Source: Welwitschia mirabilis
Taxonomy: Eukaryota
NCBI GenBank assembly: GCA_051453625.1
Contig: JBOZIK010000001.1
Coordinates: forward strand, 4,638,787-4,694,906
DNA length: 56,120 nucleotides
Reading direction: 5' to 3'
The translations under genes were made by a program, and so were the position numbers. The notes below the pieces were generated by a model, which saw nothing but the letters and a program-made list of their open reading frames with translations, ran no database searches and was not told where the DNA came from. Of this stretch, positions 32,835 to 47,705 are shown one piece after another (the stretch's first letter is position 1; the number at the start of each line of letters is the position of its first letter).

Positions 32835-34784
32835 CAACTTGTAACTAGAATTTTATTAGTCTCTTGACAAAATGTTGATAAAGAAATGATCAAACTTAAA
32901 AAAATTTATCTAAATAAAATATTCAAGTATGAAAATGATACAACTTTGGAAAAATTTTTCATCAATTTGTGGAAAATAAGGCATTAAAATTTTGAAAAGT
33001 TCTACGACAAATGAATGGTATACCTCATAACCAAAACTAAACTTTGTCCTTAAAGTTAAAAAGATATAAAAATTCAATACAATGCTTTTGAAAACAAGTT
33101 AAAGTATTTTAAAATAAAATTTTATATTACATGGCTTTTCATATAACAGGTTATAAAATTATTTTGATATAAGCAATTTAAAACTTTATAAAAAACTATA
33201 ATGCAAAAATGCTAAACTGGCATGCAAACATTTTATTACAACATACTTAAAAAAATTTTAAAATAATATAATAAAACACACTTTAATTCACATAATAAAA
33301 TGCAAAAGTTAAATGAAAAAAAGCGTTGCATAATAGATAGGTGCTTCGTTGTAGTATTAAAAGAGTAATGAACTTTATAGATGTGGGGATTAAAGATAAT
33401 AGCTAGATCATCTAAACTAATTAATGATCAAGATGAATTATAGTAAGGATTGAGGTATGAATTGATAGATCTTTTTAAGAAAAACATAGTTATGTTTCTT
33501 TGGTGTATTTTATCTCATAAAGTAACATGGTCAAAATTGCAATTTAGGGAAAACAAAACATGAAATATAATGAGGAAAACTCATTAATCATAAATCCAAA
33601 AGACACAAGACCTAAGTTAATAATATTAAATATTTTAATATTTTAATTCTAAATTTAAATAAATCACAATACAAAAAAAAAAAAATCTTCTAAGTAAAAC
33701 TCTAAAAATCTAAAAATTAGTTGAGTAAATCCTCAAGTACTCAAGTTCAAAAAAGAAATTACAAGAAGCATCTCCAAATCCCACATTTTCTTTCTAATTT
33801 TTACCTTTTTGAAAATCATATTTATTCCTTGTTTTAAGCATTTAGATCAAATCAAGCATCCAATATTATGACATCTTATTCCAATAGAACTACGCATGTT
33901 GTTTTATGAAGAAGTCATTGTTGCATTACTAGTAAGAATTTATAGCCCCAATACATTTAAACATGTCATAAAATAAATCATTAGAGCCACATTACTAGTG
34001 AGTTTTCATAGTCCAAATGCAATTAACTAAATCTAATTTTAATTAACCAAATCATAGTGTAATTTTAGAAAAAGACATATTTTATTTTCTTTTAATTTTT
34101 GTTTCTCATATTCAATATTTTTATGCGCATAGAAAGGGAACATTAGCACATTATCTTAATTAAGAAAAATTGTGTCCCACAAAATGCTTAAAAACATGAA
34201 ACATAATATGAATGTAGTTTACACGTTTTTAGCCACAATTTCTGAATTTGAAGATCTTAAGTGATATTAACCTTTACAAAATAACTTAAAAATAAGAAAA
34301 ATCTTTTCTTAAAAACTACAAGTAAACTTAGATTCTACATCACTTAAAATAACAAGGTGATCACTTATTAATGATTTATTTATTATGGATCATTAGCCAG
34401 CATTACCAATTCTTAGGGACTCATGGATGCATGGTAATGATGGGTGGTTTTTGCACTTAATGAGGTAACTAAAGAATAAAGTGGATGTATGGAATGGTTT
34501 GAATGGGTTGTGATAGTTATGATTATTAATGAAAAAAAAATCTTGGAATTTAATGAATCAGTTACGCTTTGAAAGGTGTTTCTATGGGGGAGTTTTTTGA
34601 AGGAATGAGAGGAGAAAGTTTGAAAAATATTAGGGTTGTGAGGCTTAAAATCTTGACTATTTAAAAATAAAATAAAATAGATATCATTTTTATGAATAGA
34701 CTCTACACATACATGTAAAAACTTTGAAAGATCATCAAGGATGCAAATCGAAGAATCTAAATTTTAAAAGTCAGAGCTATTCCA

Positions 34785-35282
34785 TCATATTATATTTCTA
34801 TGATTTCCTAATAAGTCATTGAAACGAGAGTCAAATAGATTAAAATCATTATGAGAAGAATGGGATTCAATAAAAGAAGGATCAAGATCATGAATTTCAT
34901 ATACAAAATTGGCCTTATTATTATTCCCTGAAAGTTCCACAATGTTAAAAATATTCAGATCCATAATTAAGTTACCAAAGGAGATTTTCATATGACCATT
35001 TAAACAATTAATAAGGGAATTTAATGTTGCTAGAAATGGTTTTTTCTAAAACGACTAGAACTAAGTTTTACTTTGTTATGATTATTTTTAAGACAATAAA
35101 ATTAATTAAAGAATAATAATTATCCAGTCACATGATTATGCCTTTAATAATTCTTAAGGACAATTTTAAAGAATTATCTATTAATCATAATGGGATTTTA
35201 GTATTTTTAAGATTATTAAAGTTAAGTTCCTTATAAACTAAGTGGAGTGAAAGATTGATTCTTACTCCTAAATCTAACAAGG
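34785..35282 (-). pseudogene. Aspartic protease relic of Athila-like element
   Basis: LLDLGVRINL (~35280) and PFLATLNSLINCLNGHMKISFGNLIMDLNIFN. Confidence 0.8.
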
Positions 35283-38200
35283 TGTGATACCCTATCTTTA
35301 TCCATGCTAATTAAGCATTATTTTTTTCCTTTCCTTCATTCTTAAATATTATTATCTAATAGACATAGCAAAACCTAGAATCAAATTTTACTTACTTGTT
35401 TTTTGGCACTTTTATATTTGGAGAAAAAATAAATAATGTTGTTATTATATATTTATTTATAATTAATTCCTAAGTTACTTTGGTTTATAAATAATAGCGA
35501 TGTTATAAGTTTATGTCCTTCATGTGTTCCTAGCTTTTTATCCCATAGAAAAATATCTTGTAAATAATTAAGGAGAGGTAAACTTGTTATAAACATACAT
35601 AAATAAGTTTAAAGATAATACCTAATCAATATAATAGGAGGTTGCAACTTCCATTAATGGCATTCCAACTCGTTATCTAGCCACTCTCCAAATGTGATTT
35701 GGTTTTACTTCAAGTTTTAGACTACACAAACATGATTGGGTTGAACTCCATGGACTTTCATTTCATCTCAATATACCCCTAATACAGGTAGTAGGTGGTA
35801 CATGAGGTGGATGCATGCTTACAAATACGCATTTTTCCTTAAAACATTTGAAAATGATGCAACATGATCCATTAATTCCAAGGGCTTAAGATACTAAGTT
35901 GGATTATATTCATACATGGGTAGGATAGGAGAGTGATGATCAAATCTGCTTCTAGAAGGGTATTATTAAAAAACAAATGCCGCTACCCACCTTAGTGATG
36001 AAATCCAAGTGTGGGAATGATTATTATTAGAATTATCTTGATTATTGTAAGATGAATGCACCACACAAATGCATGCTTATAATTCTAACTAATGTGGATA
36101 TTTAATGGATTGTTTACCTAGTTGTAATAATTCTAATCATCATTAGGTTCATTTTATAGAAAGAGTCATAAAAATAAAACAAACACACTAGAACATCTCT
36201 ATATTTAAGATTACAATAATGAAAATAAAAATAAAAGAAATATTCTTTTCTTTTCTATCTTTCATAATAATAAAAACACTTTAAATGTATCAAACCACAT
36301 GTTATTAATGAACTTAAAGAAACTAAAACATATCTAAAGCTATGCCAATCTTAGAAACATTATTTCATGCTCATATGATGATCTCCAAGGATTAGTGTAA
36401 TGAAAGTAAATAAAAGAAGGTATAGCTCAAGCATAATTATTATTATATAACTCTTTATCCAAGATTCATATGTCTATATTATATTTCAATAAAATAAGTG
36501 ATAATCCAAATACTATTTATGTTACTTAAACTACTAAAGTAAAAACTCTTACAAATACACACATTCAACAAAAGATAAAGAAGGAAAAAAATTTAAAAGA
36601 GGTATTTCTATAAATCAAATATTAGTTCTAGATAATTTAACTTAAAGTTACTGATAGAACATATTTTATATACTCAAATTTTCTATCAATGTTTGTGTAA
36701 TAATTTTTCTATAATTAAAACATTAATTATAACATTTTTATGCTCTAAGGAGACATCATAGTCAAAAATTAATAATTAATTAATTATAAAGTAAAAAATA
36801 AATTACATTAGTTCTATATAAACCAGACAATGAGAGGATCCTCAAAATCTAACTTAAACTATCTTATAATTCTAAAAATATTATTTCTAAGTTCATCATT
36901 TAAGTTTAAAAACTATCAAATTTTCTAAAATTATAGTCTTACCGCACTACACTAAAATGACCATAACTTTCAAAATAATGTGACTTTTTAAATGATTCAA
37001 GATGTTTTGAAATTTTAATTTAATTTTCCACAACTTAGGAGGCTCAAGTTTGTAGATATCTTAATAACTAGTTACAAAAATGTAAATTAATTGCTTACTA
37101 TTTTTTGCATTTATTTTCTAATGTATTTTGAAAAATAATTTTTTAAAAATAATTAAGCATTAGAAATATTACTATTTTTACATTTCCATGATCATAACAT
37201 AATCTTAACCTTACAAAAAAATTTTTACTAATTTATACCTACTAATTAATAAGGTATGGTATTTTTATCCTATGTCTCAATCCTAGAAATTTAATTTTTC
37301 ATTGTAACAAAAATATGATAAATTATCTATAACTAATTATGAAATAATTTAAATTAATAAAATAATGGATATAATAACTAATTATCTATGGAATATCTTA
37401 ACTAAATTACTAATTTGGATCTTTGTAAAAAGAAAAATCAAATCAATTTAAAAAGAACCTTTTACTATAAGACTTAGGGTTTCTGTGAAAGAGTACTAGC
37501 CTAAAAGAGATTTTTAAGGATTAAACTTTACCTCTAATAAGATAGACCTAATGCATAATGAATGAAAAATATATTATATGTCTATTAAAATAAAATAAAC
37601 ATGGGCACTCAAGTATATGGTGAATCCCTATAGTGGTCATTTAGCCATAAACATCCATAAGCCAATGGGAGGAAATAAAATATGTTTATGATATATCATA
37701 AATAGTGGTTTAATGCAAGTATTGTAGCATTCTAATAAAGATTTAAAAGAGACTGTATGAATAATATGAGTAAAGAGCTTACTTAGAAAGATAATAACTC
37801 CTTGATAATTGAACACTAATGAAGATTCAAGCTCAAGAGTTCCTTAGCTCCAAGCTTCCAAGCTCAAATCTCCACAAACAAGATAAAGAAAGAAAGAGAG
37901 AGAGTAAAGAAGGAAATGCATTTGTGTTAAAAAAAAATGGAAAGTATCTTCTCTTTGCAAGAAAGGAAATGATCTATTTATATAGATAAACAAACACACA
38001 TAGCTCAATATCACAATACTACATGATTTAGCATTGATAAGATGGCTAATAAATGACATTAGAGTATAAAAAAAGATCATATTTATGACTCATGCACTTA
38101 GATAGGATGAGTAATCTTATCACTTTAATTAGAAAAGGTTAATTACATGCGTCATTTCCTCATGTTGACTCTTTATTAATCCTTCCTAATTTTAATTCAT

Positions 38201-38819
38201 CTAAGACATGCATCAAAAGAATAAATGCACAAATATTAAAATGGTCATGTGGCATAATAGATAAACTTTTCAATTTTAATGAATAAAACAATGAGTATGC
38301 TATGAACCCAGTGCCCTTACACATCTCAAAAATATAAGAGTCATGGTAGAATAAATCTACTCATTTATCATTCTTGGTTCGAGGTAAAAGTGCATGTACT
38401 TATTCATATGCTCATTTATTTCATAGTGCATAAAATCTATTAATCACATAACATAAGGAAGAAAATGTTGATCCATAATATAGTACACCTATCACATTTA
38501 CTAAGAATTTAATAGTAAATAAGATTTAAAATATATTACTAAGTCCTCTAAAAATTTTCAAGGTATTAGTTTTATCATGTGACTTTAATTCCCAACATAT
38601 TGGATTATTTAATTTTAAATGTTTGGATAGCTTTTTTAATAAAAACCTTTTAACGCAATATTTATTATTTTCATGGTAAAATTTAAAAATTACAAAATAA
38701 TGTTAATTTAAAATTCCATCTTATGTTTATAAGGCTTTTAAATAAGAATAATTAACCATTTGATTAAAAGCTTAATATACTTAATATCTAAGAAATATTA
38801 AGAAATATGGAATATGACA
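35283..38819 (-). mobile_element. Probable solo LTR (~3.5 kb, Tekay/Del-like) inserted at the start of the protease
   Basis: Begins TGTGATACCC and ends GGAATATGACA. The host frame joins across it (IRDKHLKQ|LLDLG). Weak TSD CAAGG/TATGG; minus-strand TATA CTATATAAATAG (~37985); no coding motifs. Confidence 0.55.
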
Positions 38820-40900
38820 TTATGGTTGCTTAAGATGTTTGTCTCTAATNNNNNNNNNNATTATGATAGCAATTTTGGGACATCAAAGATATTTATATGT
38901 AGAAGATATTTGATCTTGAATTATTATGCTCATTTGCTAAGCTAACAAGGCATTTTTCTTAACATGTATATTTCTCTTAATCATACACGTATCTTTGAAA
39001 ATTATGCATGTGAAGGGATTTGTCTATATACATCTAATAATGGCATGTTAATTTTACCTTTTTAAAAAAAATCTTTAAAGTTTCTAATTATTTATTTTCA
39101 ATGTTCTTCTTCCTAAGTTATTGTGGGAAGAATAGAAGTTCTTAATAATTAAGTAAAAATTATTCTAAAAATTTTTCCTTCTTACTATTTTCTTTGGGGA
39201 TTGATTCTTTGTTAGTGACATTTTGCTATAATTTTTTAATTTAATTCTTTTCCACTCTTAAGATAAATGGTTCTAGATATTTGATATGTTTGGGATCTAA
39301 TCCTTCTATGAATCTAAATCCTCTAGGATTTGGCTATGAACTTGTAGGGAATTTACCAGGTTCTCTTTGGTTTAAAGAAGAGAGAATTTATTGAAGCACT
39401 CAAGTATTAGTTTTAAGAAGTTTTTTTAAGGGTTCTTAAGGTGGAGGAATGTTGTTTAAGAGTTATTTTATGGTCATAGTTAATTTGAGTATAAACACAG
39501 TTAATATAAACTTAGATGTCCATGACTTTTCTCAATGATTCCTCTAATTGATTAGATGATGAAGGTTTTTAATGGATGAATGATGATGGGAATGGGATTA
39601 TTAATTGACTAAAATGATTTTGGTCATGGAAATTATTATATCACCAAGAAAAGTTGGAATGGTTCTTCCACCTAGGATTCTAAGAGTTTTAAATTAGAGG
39701 TTTTTTACAATTTTATCACTAGTATCCTATGATACTAACTTATTCATTTATATTGTTTTAAAAAAGGGGTATAAAAGAACATGTGTGTATTTTATGAGAA
39801 TCTAAATGGAAAATAAGGCATTTAGATGTAAATGCTAATGGTTTAGATGGGGTGAAACTGAGTTCTACTCTTTTTGATGATTAATTTATTTGATTGTTGA
39901 TATTAAAGTTCTGTAAAACTCAAAAAACCCTAGTTGATCTAATGAATGGCTGAAATCTAAGTTGTTTAATTAGTCTTCCCTAGTTCTTAAAACTTTTGAC
40001 TACTATTTCAAGGTAATACCACACTTTATCTAATGGTAAACTAAGGAAATTACCTCAAGTCATTATTTGAACTAATTATTTATTAATGATAGATTGTTCA
40101 TCATAAAAGAAATTGATCTCTCTAACTAGCTTGAGTCCATATTGTAAGTGATTTGAAGAAAATCCTTAAGCCCTTTAAGGCTTGGGGAAAAAGTTTCATG
40201 ATTTTTTTTTACTTGATAATTTATTATCTATAGTATTAGAGCGCTTTTTTTTTGTGGTTTAAAAAAACATTGGAAATAAAAGATTTATTTAAATTAATCC
40301 ATGTTCTAATTGATAAGTATTTAAGGATGTAAACCAAAGATTAGCTTTTCTTTTAAGGAGAATGAGAAAAGGGTAAGTCTAATAATATCATAGGTGTTAT
40401 GGCATTGTAGAGTAGTGTATAGCACACATTTAAATTCCTTAATATGGAGATAAAATCTTCTAATTATAAGTTAATAAAGTATGGTAATAACTAAGTTATG
40501 AATGGTTAAAATGTAATATATTAGTTGTCAATGATTGAATTATATGTAAGAAGATTCCTAAAAATTGGATTTATAAGTAATCCCATAAGGTTTATTTAGA
40601 GGGATTAGGTTGGTTTTAGTCAAGGTTTTGAGCTACCTCTTGACTAAGGTAGTAGGCATGTAGGTTGTCTATAAGTCCTTGGTTTAACCAAGGTATATTA
40701 AGAGGGCATTAAAAATTAGATTAGGCATGTTGATTTTATTTTGAAGTGGACGCTTATTCTCCTTGGGGATTGTCATGAGGTTGATTTTTGAATGAAACAT
40801 TTTGTTCTTTATTTCTTTTAGTGTTAGAATTCATGTTAATAAAGGGGTTTTTAACTAATTATCTTAGTTCATCTTGGATCTACAGAATGCAATTTTTAGA
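38820..40900 (-). pseudogene. gag relic of Athila-like element
   Basis: Minus strand DIIRLTLFSFS..KEKANLWFTSL (~40390-40320). Confidence 0.75.
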
Positions 40901-41604
40901 CTTGGTTTAGATAGGTCCTAGATGATAGATAGGTTTTTAATAAGTTATAAAAGGTTTAGTTTTAATTTTACGAGGCTCTACTTAGAAAATTTGATGGAAC
41001 AGGTTAGGGAAGGTGGTGACATCGATTAATTTAAAAGTTTTAGTTTGGAAAAATAACCATAGGATTATAGAGCTTATGTAAAACATTGAGACTTATAGGG
41101 TGACAGAAACATCTTATAGAAAAATAAATATGGCAAAAAACTTAACTAAAACCTATAAAAAACAAACCCTAAGCATTTTTAACTTTAGAAATTTTATCAG
41201 AAAATACAATAAAAACTAAATTTTTATTAAAAAATTTATTAAAAATATACAATGTTAGATTTCAAATTTAGTTTCTCACTTTCTTCTGATCTTGACTTTG
41301 GTTGTGATCTATAGAAACATTGTTACATCTATAACCTAAAATATCAAATATGGATATGAATTTTATTTTTAAAATAAAAACTAAATAATACTCAAAATTA
41401 GACTAGCTCAAATTTCACTGTAAAATGACTAGTACTAAATATTAAAGAGAAAAGAAAATAAAATAAACACTCAAGAGAAAACAAAAAGGACTAGTTTAGA
41501 TTTTAGTGGAAATGAACTAATACCAATCAATAGAAAAATAAAAATGAATTTAAAAAATTGTAAGAAAAAAATTATGCAACTTTTGAAAAGTTATCATGCT
41601 AATA

Positions 41605-41622
41605 TCCCCAACAACAATTCCA
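41605..41622 (-). promoter_or_regulatory. Decayed Athila-type PBS (tRNA-Asp)
   Basis: Minus strand TGGAATTGTTGTTGGGGA vs TGGCGCCGTTGCCGGGGA. Confidence 0.75.
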
Positions 41623-41628
41623 AAGATT

Positions 41629-43122
41629 TATTCACTATGAATTAATGTTATTTATCATAGTAAAATGAAAATATCAAATAAACTAGTAAGGATCCAATAT
41701 CATTATTCCACAAGGATATTTGTAGGAAGATAATCAAAAAGTGACACAATAATACAATTCTATAATAAAATCAAACAAAATAAAAAAATCCAACTATTTG
41801 AGAGGTTTTAGTAAATTTTTCTTGGTAACATAGGAAGATGAACATGCTCAAGAAGTCTAGCTAGGCTTGTCCAACAATCCACCTTTGCTCCAATAATTTT
41901 CTGTAAGTTCTGAAACATAAGCTTTAAATCATCAAGTTGTGGTGGTTTGGGCATGATGACAGAATCTCATTTACCCTATAAGTATTAATGAATTGAATAG
42001 TCATTTTAGTCCTTCATGGCCCTATATGACCATAAAAAGTTAAGTCTAATTGTCTTTAAGATCTATAACATAATAGTGACTATAATCAAAAAGTAAACCA
42101 AGAGAATTCGCTTGATTCTAAAGATCTTAATGATGTAGTCTCACTTAAGGAGCAATTTACCATTTGAATGTGCATTAAAAAATAAATAATAAATAACTAA
42201 TTCAATATTGTAAACAATAAAGATTCTCATCTAAGAATTAATGGTATCATGTTAACATGCACTAAAAATGGAAGACTGAATAACCAATTCTTGTATTAAT
42301 TAAAAAAATACATTATGTTAAGAGAGGAAGATTAAGTAAAAATGGACTCCTCAAACTATCCTTGAATTAAGTCTGCTTCAAAGAAAAGTATGTAGGAATC
42401 CATGACATCTTAATTTTATAAGAATTTTTAACACATTTTTCTAACTGAAGTTCTTTACAATGAGGGCTTAAGGCCTTTTTATAGATAAGTGAAGGCTTGG
42501 AAAGCTTTGGCATGATATGGTTAGTGGTAGTTACATAAGGGAAGTTACACTTTTGGGTAGTTAAATTAAGGGAAGATTACAAAGTTTGTCATGTAGCATT
42601 AATGGATGATTCCTTGTCTTCTTATGTGAAAAAGGTGATAACATATTTTTTGATTGATGATTTAGCTATCAATAAATGTTATGCCATGTGTCCTCTATGT
42701 CATTGTGCTTGTTACTACCACATGTTGCTATAATATATCAATTTATGTCTTCACTATGTGTCATCAAGATTGAATATTGAATTTGATTTGACATCTAACT
42801 GAGTCCATAAGTAAACTGTGATGTCTTTCTCATAAAGATGTGAGAACACAAGAATGAATTCCTTCTGCCCTAAAAGATTAGTGATGCTGGTGATCGGGAT
42901 GGTGGTGCTAAGGTTTTCTAATGGATTATCTTCAAAATTTATTATGTTCTTTAGAAAACATAAATTATCCTTAAAATGTTATGGAAAAGTGCATATTTCA
43001 ATAATTCATGATTAAAAGGAAAAAAGTCATAATTTAATGGAAAAAATTACTATATAATATTTTTACCTATGATAAATTGGTCAAATATGCTTAGTTGGAA
43101 TGTCAATTTTTGCATGTAAATA
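41629..43122 (-). repeat. 5' LTR of Athila-like element
   Basis: Colinear with 31386-32834. Minus strand begins TATTTACATGCA and is followed by the PBS. Confidence 0.88.
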
Positions 43123-45850
43123 GGAATGAATGAAATCTATTCCCCACATACCAAAGGGATTAATTACTTGGATGGATTATTATAATATTTTTCATCTTTG
43201 ACAAAATGCTTCTTTCTTTTGGCATTTATCACAACTTTGAACATACACATCTAAATATTTTAATATTATAAGTCAATTATATTCCATATTAAGAATTTCT
43301 ATTTATATCATTATTGCATCATAATGTTCTTTATCATACCACATGTAGTCTTTAATTTCTCTTAATGATCATTTCCTTTCATAGTACTTTAGATATGATG
43401 ATGATTTCTTACTAGTTATGAAGTTAGCTATATCTACATACAAAGGATTTTTCTAAACTTTTAGGATATGCTCATTAGATAATTCATTTCTCACGTGTAT
43501 TTATTCATCCTCATATGAAATATTTAAATCTTGCTAGATGTTTTGCTATAATATCTTTCATTCCTTCTCTATTAGTGATTTTTAACTCAAATTCCTATAT
43601 TAATAATAGCAATCTTATGATCCTTGAATTTCCTTCCTTTTTATTCATCAAGAATCTAATAGCACTATCATTAGTATGCACTTTATCTTCATATCCTAGA
43701 ATGTAATGTGTAAATTTTTCTTGTGTCATTACTACTATTAATAATTCCTTTCTAGTTATTGTATAATTCTATTAGATTGAATTTAAATTTTTACCTAAAT
43801 AAATAGTATAATATGATTTATTCTTATCATTATTTTTGCCCTAAAACTAATTCCATAACGTAATTAAATGCATCAGTCATTATATGAAAGCACTTCTAGT
43901 AATTCGGTCCTTATAGTATAGGTGCTTTAATTAACTTATCTTTGAAGAATTGACAAGCATTTTAACATTTGCGAGTCTAATCATACTCAACATCTTTTTA
44001 CAAAAGATTGTTAAGGGATTTGAGAATTTTAATAAAATTAGCTATAAATCTCTTATAATATCATACATGTTTTAAGAAAGATCTAAGCTTTTTGAGTTTA
44101 GTTGGAAGTATTATATTCTTTATAAAATTAATTTTTTTCTTATTGGTTTCTATTTCTTTTTAAGAGATGTTATGCCCTAATACTATTCCTTCTATTATCA
44201 TACGATGATTTTTAGACCAAATTAGTTTTAATCTTTTCTCTTTAGATATTTCTAAAACTTTTTCCAATCTATTAAGTAATTAAAAAATTTATTTCCAAAG
44301 ATTATGAAATCATTCATGCAAACTTATACTAGTTTACTTATATTGTTGTAAAAGATACTCTTTACCACTTTTTGAAAAGTAGTTAGAGCATTGCATAAAT
44401 AAAATGGTAGTACTAAGTGTTCTACTGACAGGAAAAATTTGTCTTTGCTTAGTTCTTTAAAGCTATAAGAACCTATTTGTAACCACTATATCCATCTAAG
44501 AAACTATAGTAATAGTGTTCAAATATTATTTTTAAAATCTACCTAACAAAAGATAAGAGCAAATGATCTTTATAAGTTATGGTGTTCAACATTCCGAAGT
44601 TGATACAAACTCTCCCTTTATTACCTCTTTGGGTACCATTGTAATAACACTAATCCATTGTGAGCCTAATATAGGATAAATAATTCCTACATCTAAAAGT
44701 TAAAGGATCTTATATTCAATAGCTTCTTTCATATAAGGATTACACCTTCTCTTGGGTTATCTATTTGGTTTAATTAGAGGGTTTAAATAAATTCTATGTT
44801 GGCAAATTTTTTGATTTATTTCTTTTATGTCAGTATGATTTCAAGTAAAGTCTTTTTTCTCTTACCGAACATTATTTAAGTTTTTTTTTTTTTGGAAATA
44901 AATTAGATTACTATTTACAATTAAATCTTTATTGAATTCCACCTCTATGTTTTTTGACCCTTCTTTAAATAGAGAATTTCTACTTCTTAAGGTGTTAAAT
45001 ATTTATCCTTATATTTTTCTTCACTTTATTATTTTAATATTATATGTGCTTTTTTAGTTAAGATAGCATTTGTCCTAGCTTTAATATTGGGTCCTATTTC
45101 TTTTGTAATAGTAGCTTCTAATAATTTATTTTTTTAAAATAAGTTGTAACATTAGCAGTAGCCACCATGCCTTATTAAGATGACTACATGAGTATCTCAT
45201 TGAGTTTTCATTACTAATGAATCAATTAAGTACATGAAACATTAAAGTTTAATAGCTATATCTTTTAATACTTCTTTAAGTGCTACTACTAATTCATAAA
45301 CTAAATAAAATTTCCCTTAATAAGATGTTAGATTTGATTTTTCAAGTTCCTAATAGGTTTCATAAGCCATAACATTGACACTAGCTCCTAAATCTATTAA
45401 ATCTCTAACTTCCAATTTATTATTAACCTTTATATCTATCATGCAAGTTCCTGAGTAACTATATTTTTCATGGTATTTATTCTAAAGAATCTATGTAGGT
45501 GCTTAAGAAATTTGATCCTTTTTATTCATATTTATCTATTTTTATCTTACTTTATTTTCACTTATTTATTTTAAGGATAGACTTTTCATTTGTTTCTAAT
45601 ACATAGGAATATCTTTTACTATTTTTATAAGAGGTAATAAAATTATTATATCTTCTATTACCTTAACCAACTATTCTAAGTCTTCCTTGATCTTTGGATG
45701 CTTGAGTTTTTAACTTTTAATTAGAAAGGGTATAAGTTCTATTTGTTTACTTACCATTGTTTTAATATTTACATTAGTTTCCTCTTCTATGGATAAACTA
45801 GTTAAGTTCTTTTTATTTTAAGATTCTAGTCTTTAGTCATAAGTCTTCTT
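43123..45850 (-). pseudogene. Athila-like gag(end)-PR-RT-RH-INT(5') relic
   Basis: LIDLGASVNVM (~45398-45367), YYYSFLDGYSGY (~44515), a decayed FMDDF-like motif (~44320), RH, and PFGMWGIDF (43158-43132). Confidence 0.85.
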
Positions 45851-46009
45851 AACCTAGTGGGCATGGCCTTGCTAGTGGCTACCCTTAGTTTGATTAAGAT
45901 TAAGAAAGAATTTTTCCTTCTTTATTTTCCACCTCTTTCTTATCCATGTTATTTTCCTAATCTTTATTTTCTTAAACTTTCTATAATATTAATATTTTTA
46001 TTATCTCTT

Positions 46010-46580
46010 AGAGCTTATAGTCATGCATTTGAAACTTTTGAAGCATATCTTAAACATATTTTGATTCATTCAAGAAAATTCCATTAGAAAGTTGATGAAT
46101 TTCAATACTTAAATAGTAAGAGAGCATACCAAGATCTATAATCTTAAATTCATTTTGCATATCAAGTTTAAATTTGATTACTAAGGCATCATGTATCCCA
46201 CCAAATATTATATCATCAACATAAATAAGAACAAAAATAACTTTATCATCAACAACTTTCCTACATAGTGTGTTTCTAGATGAGCATTTTTCATAAGATT
46301 GTTCTCTTAGATGAGAATCTAACCATGCAAGTCATGCTCTAAGAGCTGGTTTTAAATCATAGAGTGCCTTTTTTAAGAGATAATCCCAATCTTCCTTATG
46401 TAATATTTTGAATTCCTATGATTGTTTTGTATAGACTTCCTCCTTTAAATACTTATTGAGAATAGCTGATTTAATATCCATTTGCCACACCTTCATTATA
46501 ATTTTGGAAGCATAGGCTAAAAATATCCTCATAGATTTTAACATAGCCACAAGAGCATAAGTTTTCTCATAGTTAATCCT
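46010..46580 (-). pseudogene. Ty1/copia reverse transcriptase fragment (SIRE-like)
   Basis: INYEKTYALVA, VWQMDIKSAILN, LKKALYDLKPA and LIYVDDIIFG (YVDD at 46223-46212). Confidence 0.92.
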
Positions 46581-47705
46581 AGTGTTTTGTTACCAACTTA
46601 TGTGTATTTGATAGGATATTCTGAGTTGTTTTGCAGGTAAATTGGCAGATAAATTCTTGGTTTTCATGATAATGGAGAACTATGATAAAAAGGATGGAAA
46701 TACGCAATTTCCTAGATAAATTACAAGAATTCTCTGCATATATGAATAAACGGTATTTTGGATGATAATTTCTTGCAAACAACAAGAGTGCTGGACCTAT
46801 TGAAGATCCATCAAAGACCATCATCCTCCTCATCATCTGAATGTCACTGTAGACGACCAGCGAATAGGATTATAACATGTCTGATGGGCAATCAGACTGG
46901 CAGTAGATGAAGATTTAACTGCGAGTTGGCAGTATCTCTTCTATCGTCCAGACGACTATATGGACGACAATGATTATAGTATCTACACTGAATGTTCACC
47001 TAAGCTTTCGCCACTTATTTTGATTTCTTTCTGCATGGCGAGCAGGGTTTCTCCTATGTCTTTCTGTCAGTTTTATTTCAATGTTTTCAGTCAATAAATA
47101 GAGGTCTCACCCTCAACTCTTATCATCTTCGATGCACTAGAGATTCTTGTGATAGGAGAGTAAAGGGCAAGAGATCCATCCTTATGAGTTACAGAAAGAC
47201 GAGCACTTGGTAGAGGGTTGAGTATCTTCTATTAAGGCTAGGCTAATTTGTAACCCAGATGATTGTTACTTTTAATATAAAATCTTGGTTTTTTAGTTAT
47301 GTTTATATTTGTTTGTATTATAGATTTCTTATATTCCTTATAGTCTAATATTGCCTTAGATCTAGTGACAATTTCTAAGGTAATATAGATTATCAAGGGC
47401 AGCTCTTGTTAGAGCTGAAGAGCAAAAGTAGGGTTAGGATTCATTTGCATTGCATGTTAGTCTAGAATGCATATTGTACTTTGCATGATAGTTTAGTTTC
47501 TTGCTTTGTTATTTATTATTTTTGGTTATCAAGATTATTTGCAAAAGCAACCTAATTTTCCTTACGGATAGACTTCAACGAGATACAACATTTGGGTCAC
47601 TTCCATTATTCTAGCATGTTGTATTATGCATAATATCTATTTTGATTATTAATGATAACATCCGTTTGAATGCTAAAGCATGCATAAATACACACTGCAA
47701 TGAAT

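Larger units (their letters stand above)
31386..43122 (-). mobile_element. Non-autonomous Athila-like LTR retrotransposon (gag-protease only) inserted in an integrase gene
   Basis: Homologous ~1.45-kb LTRs; approximate TSD GGACT/GGAAT; PBS at 41622-41605; gag and protease relics; no RT or INT. The host integrase joins across the insertion. Confidence 0.85.
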
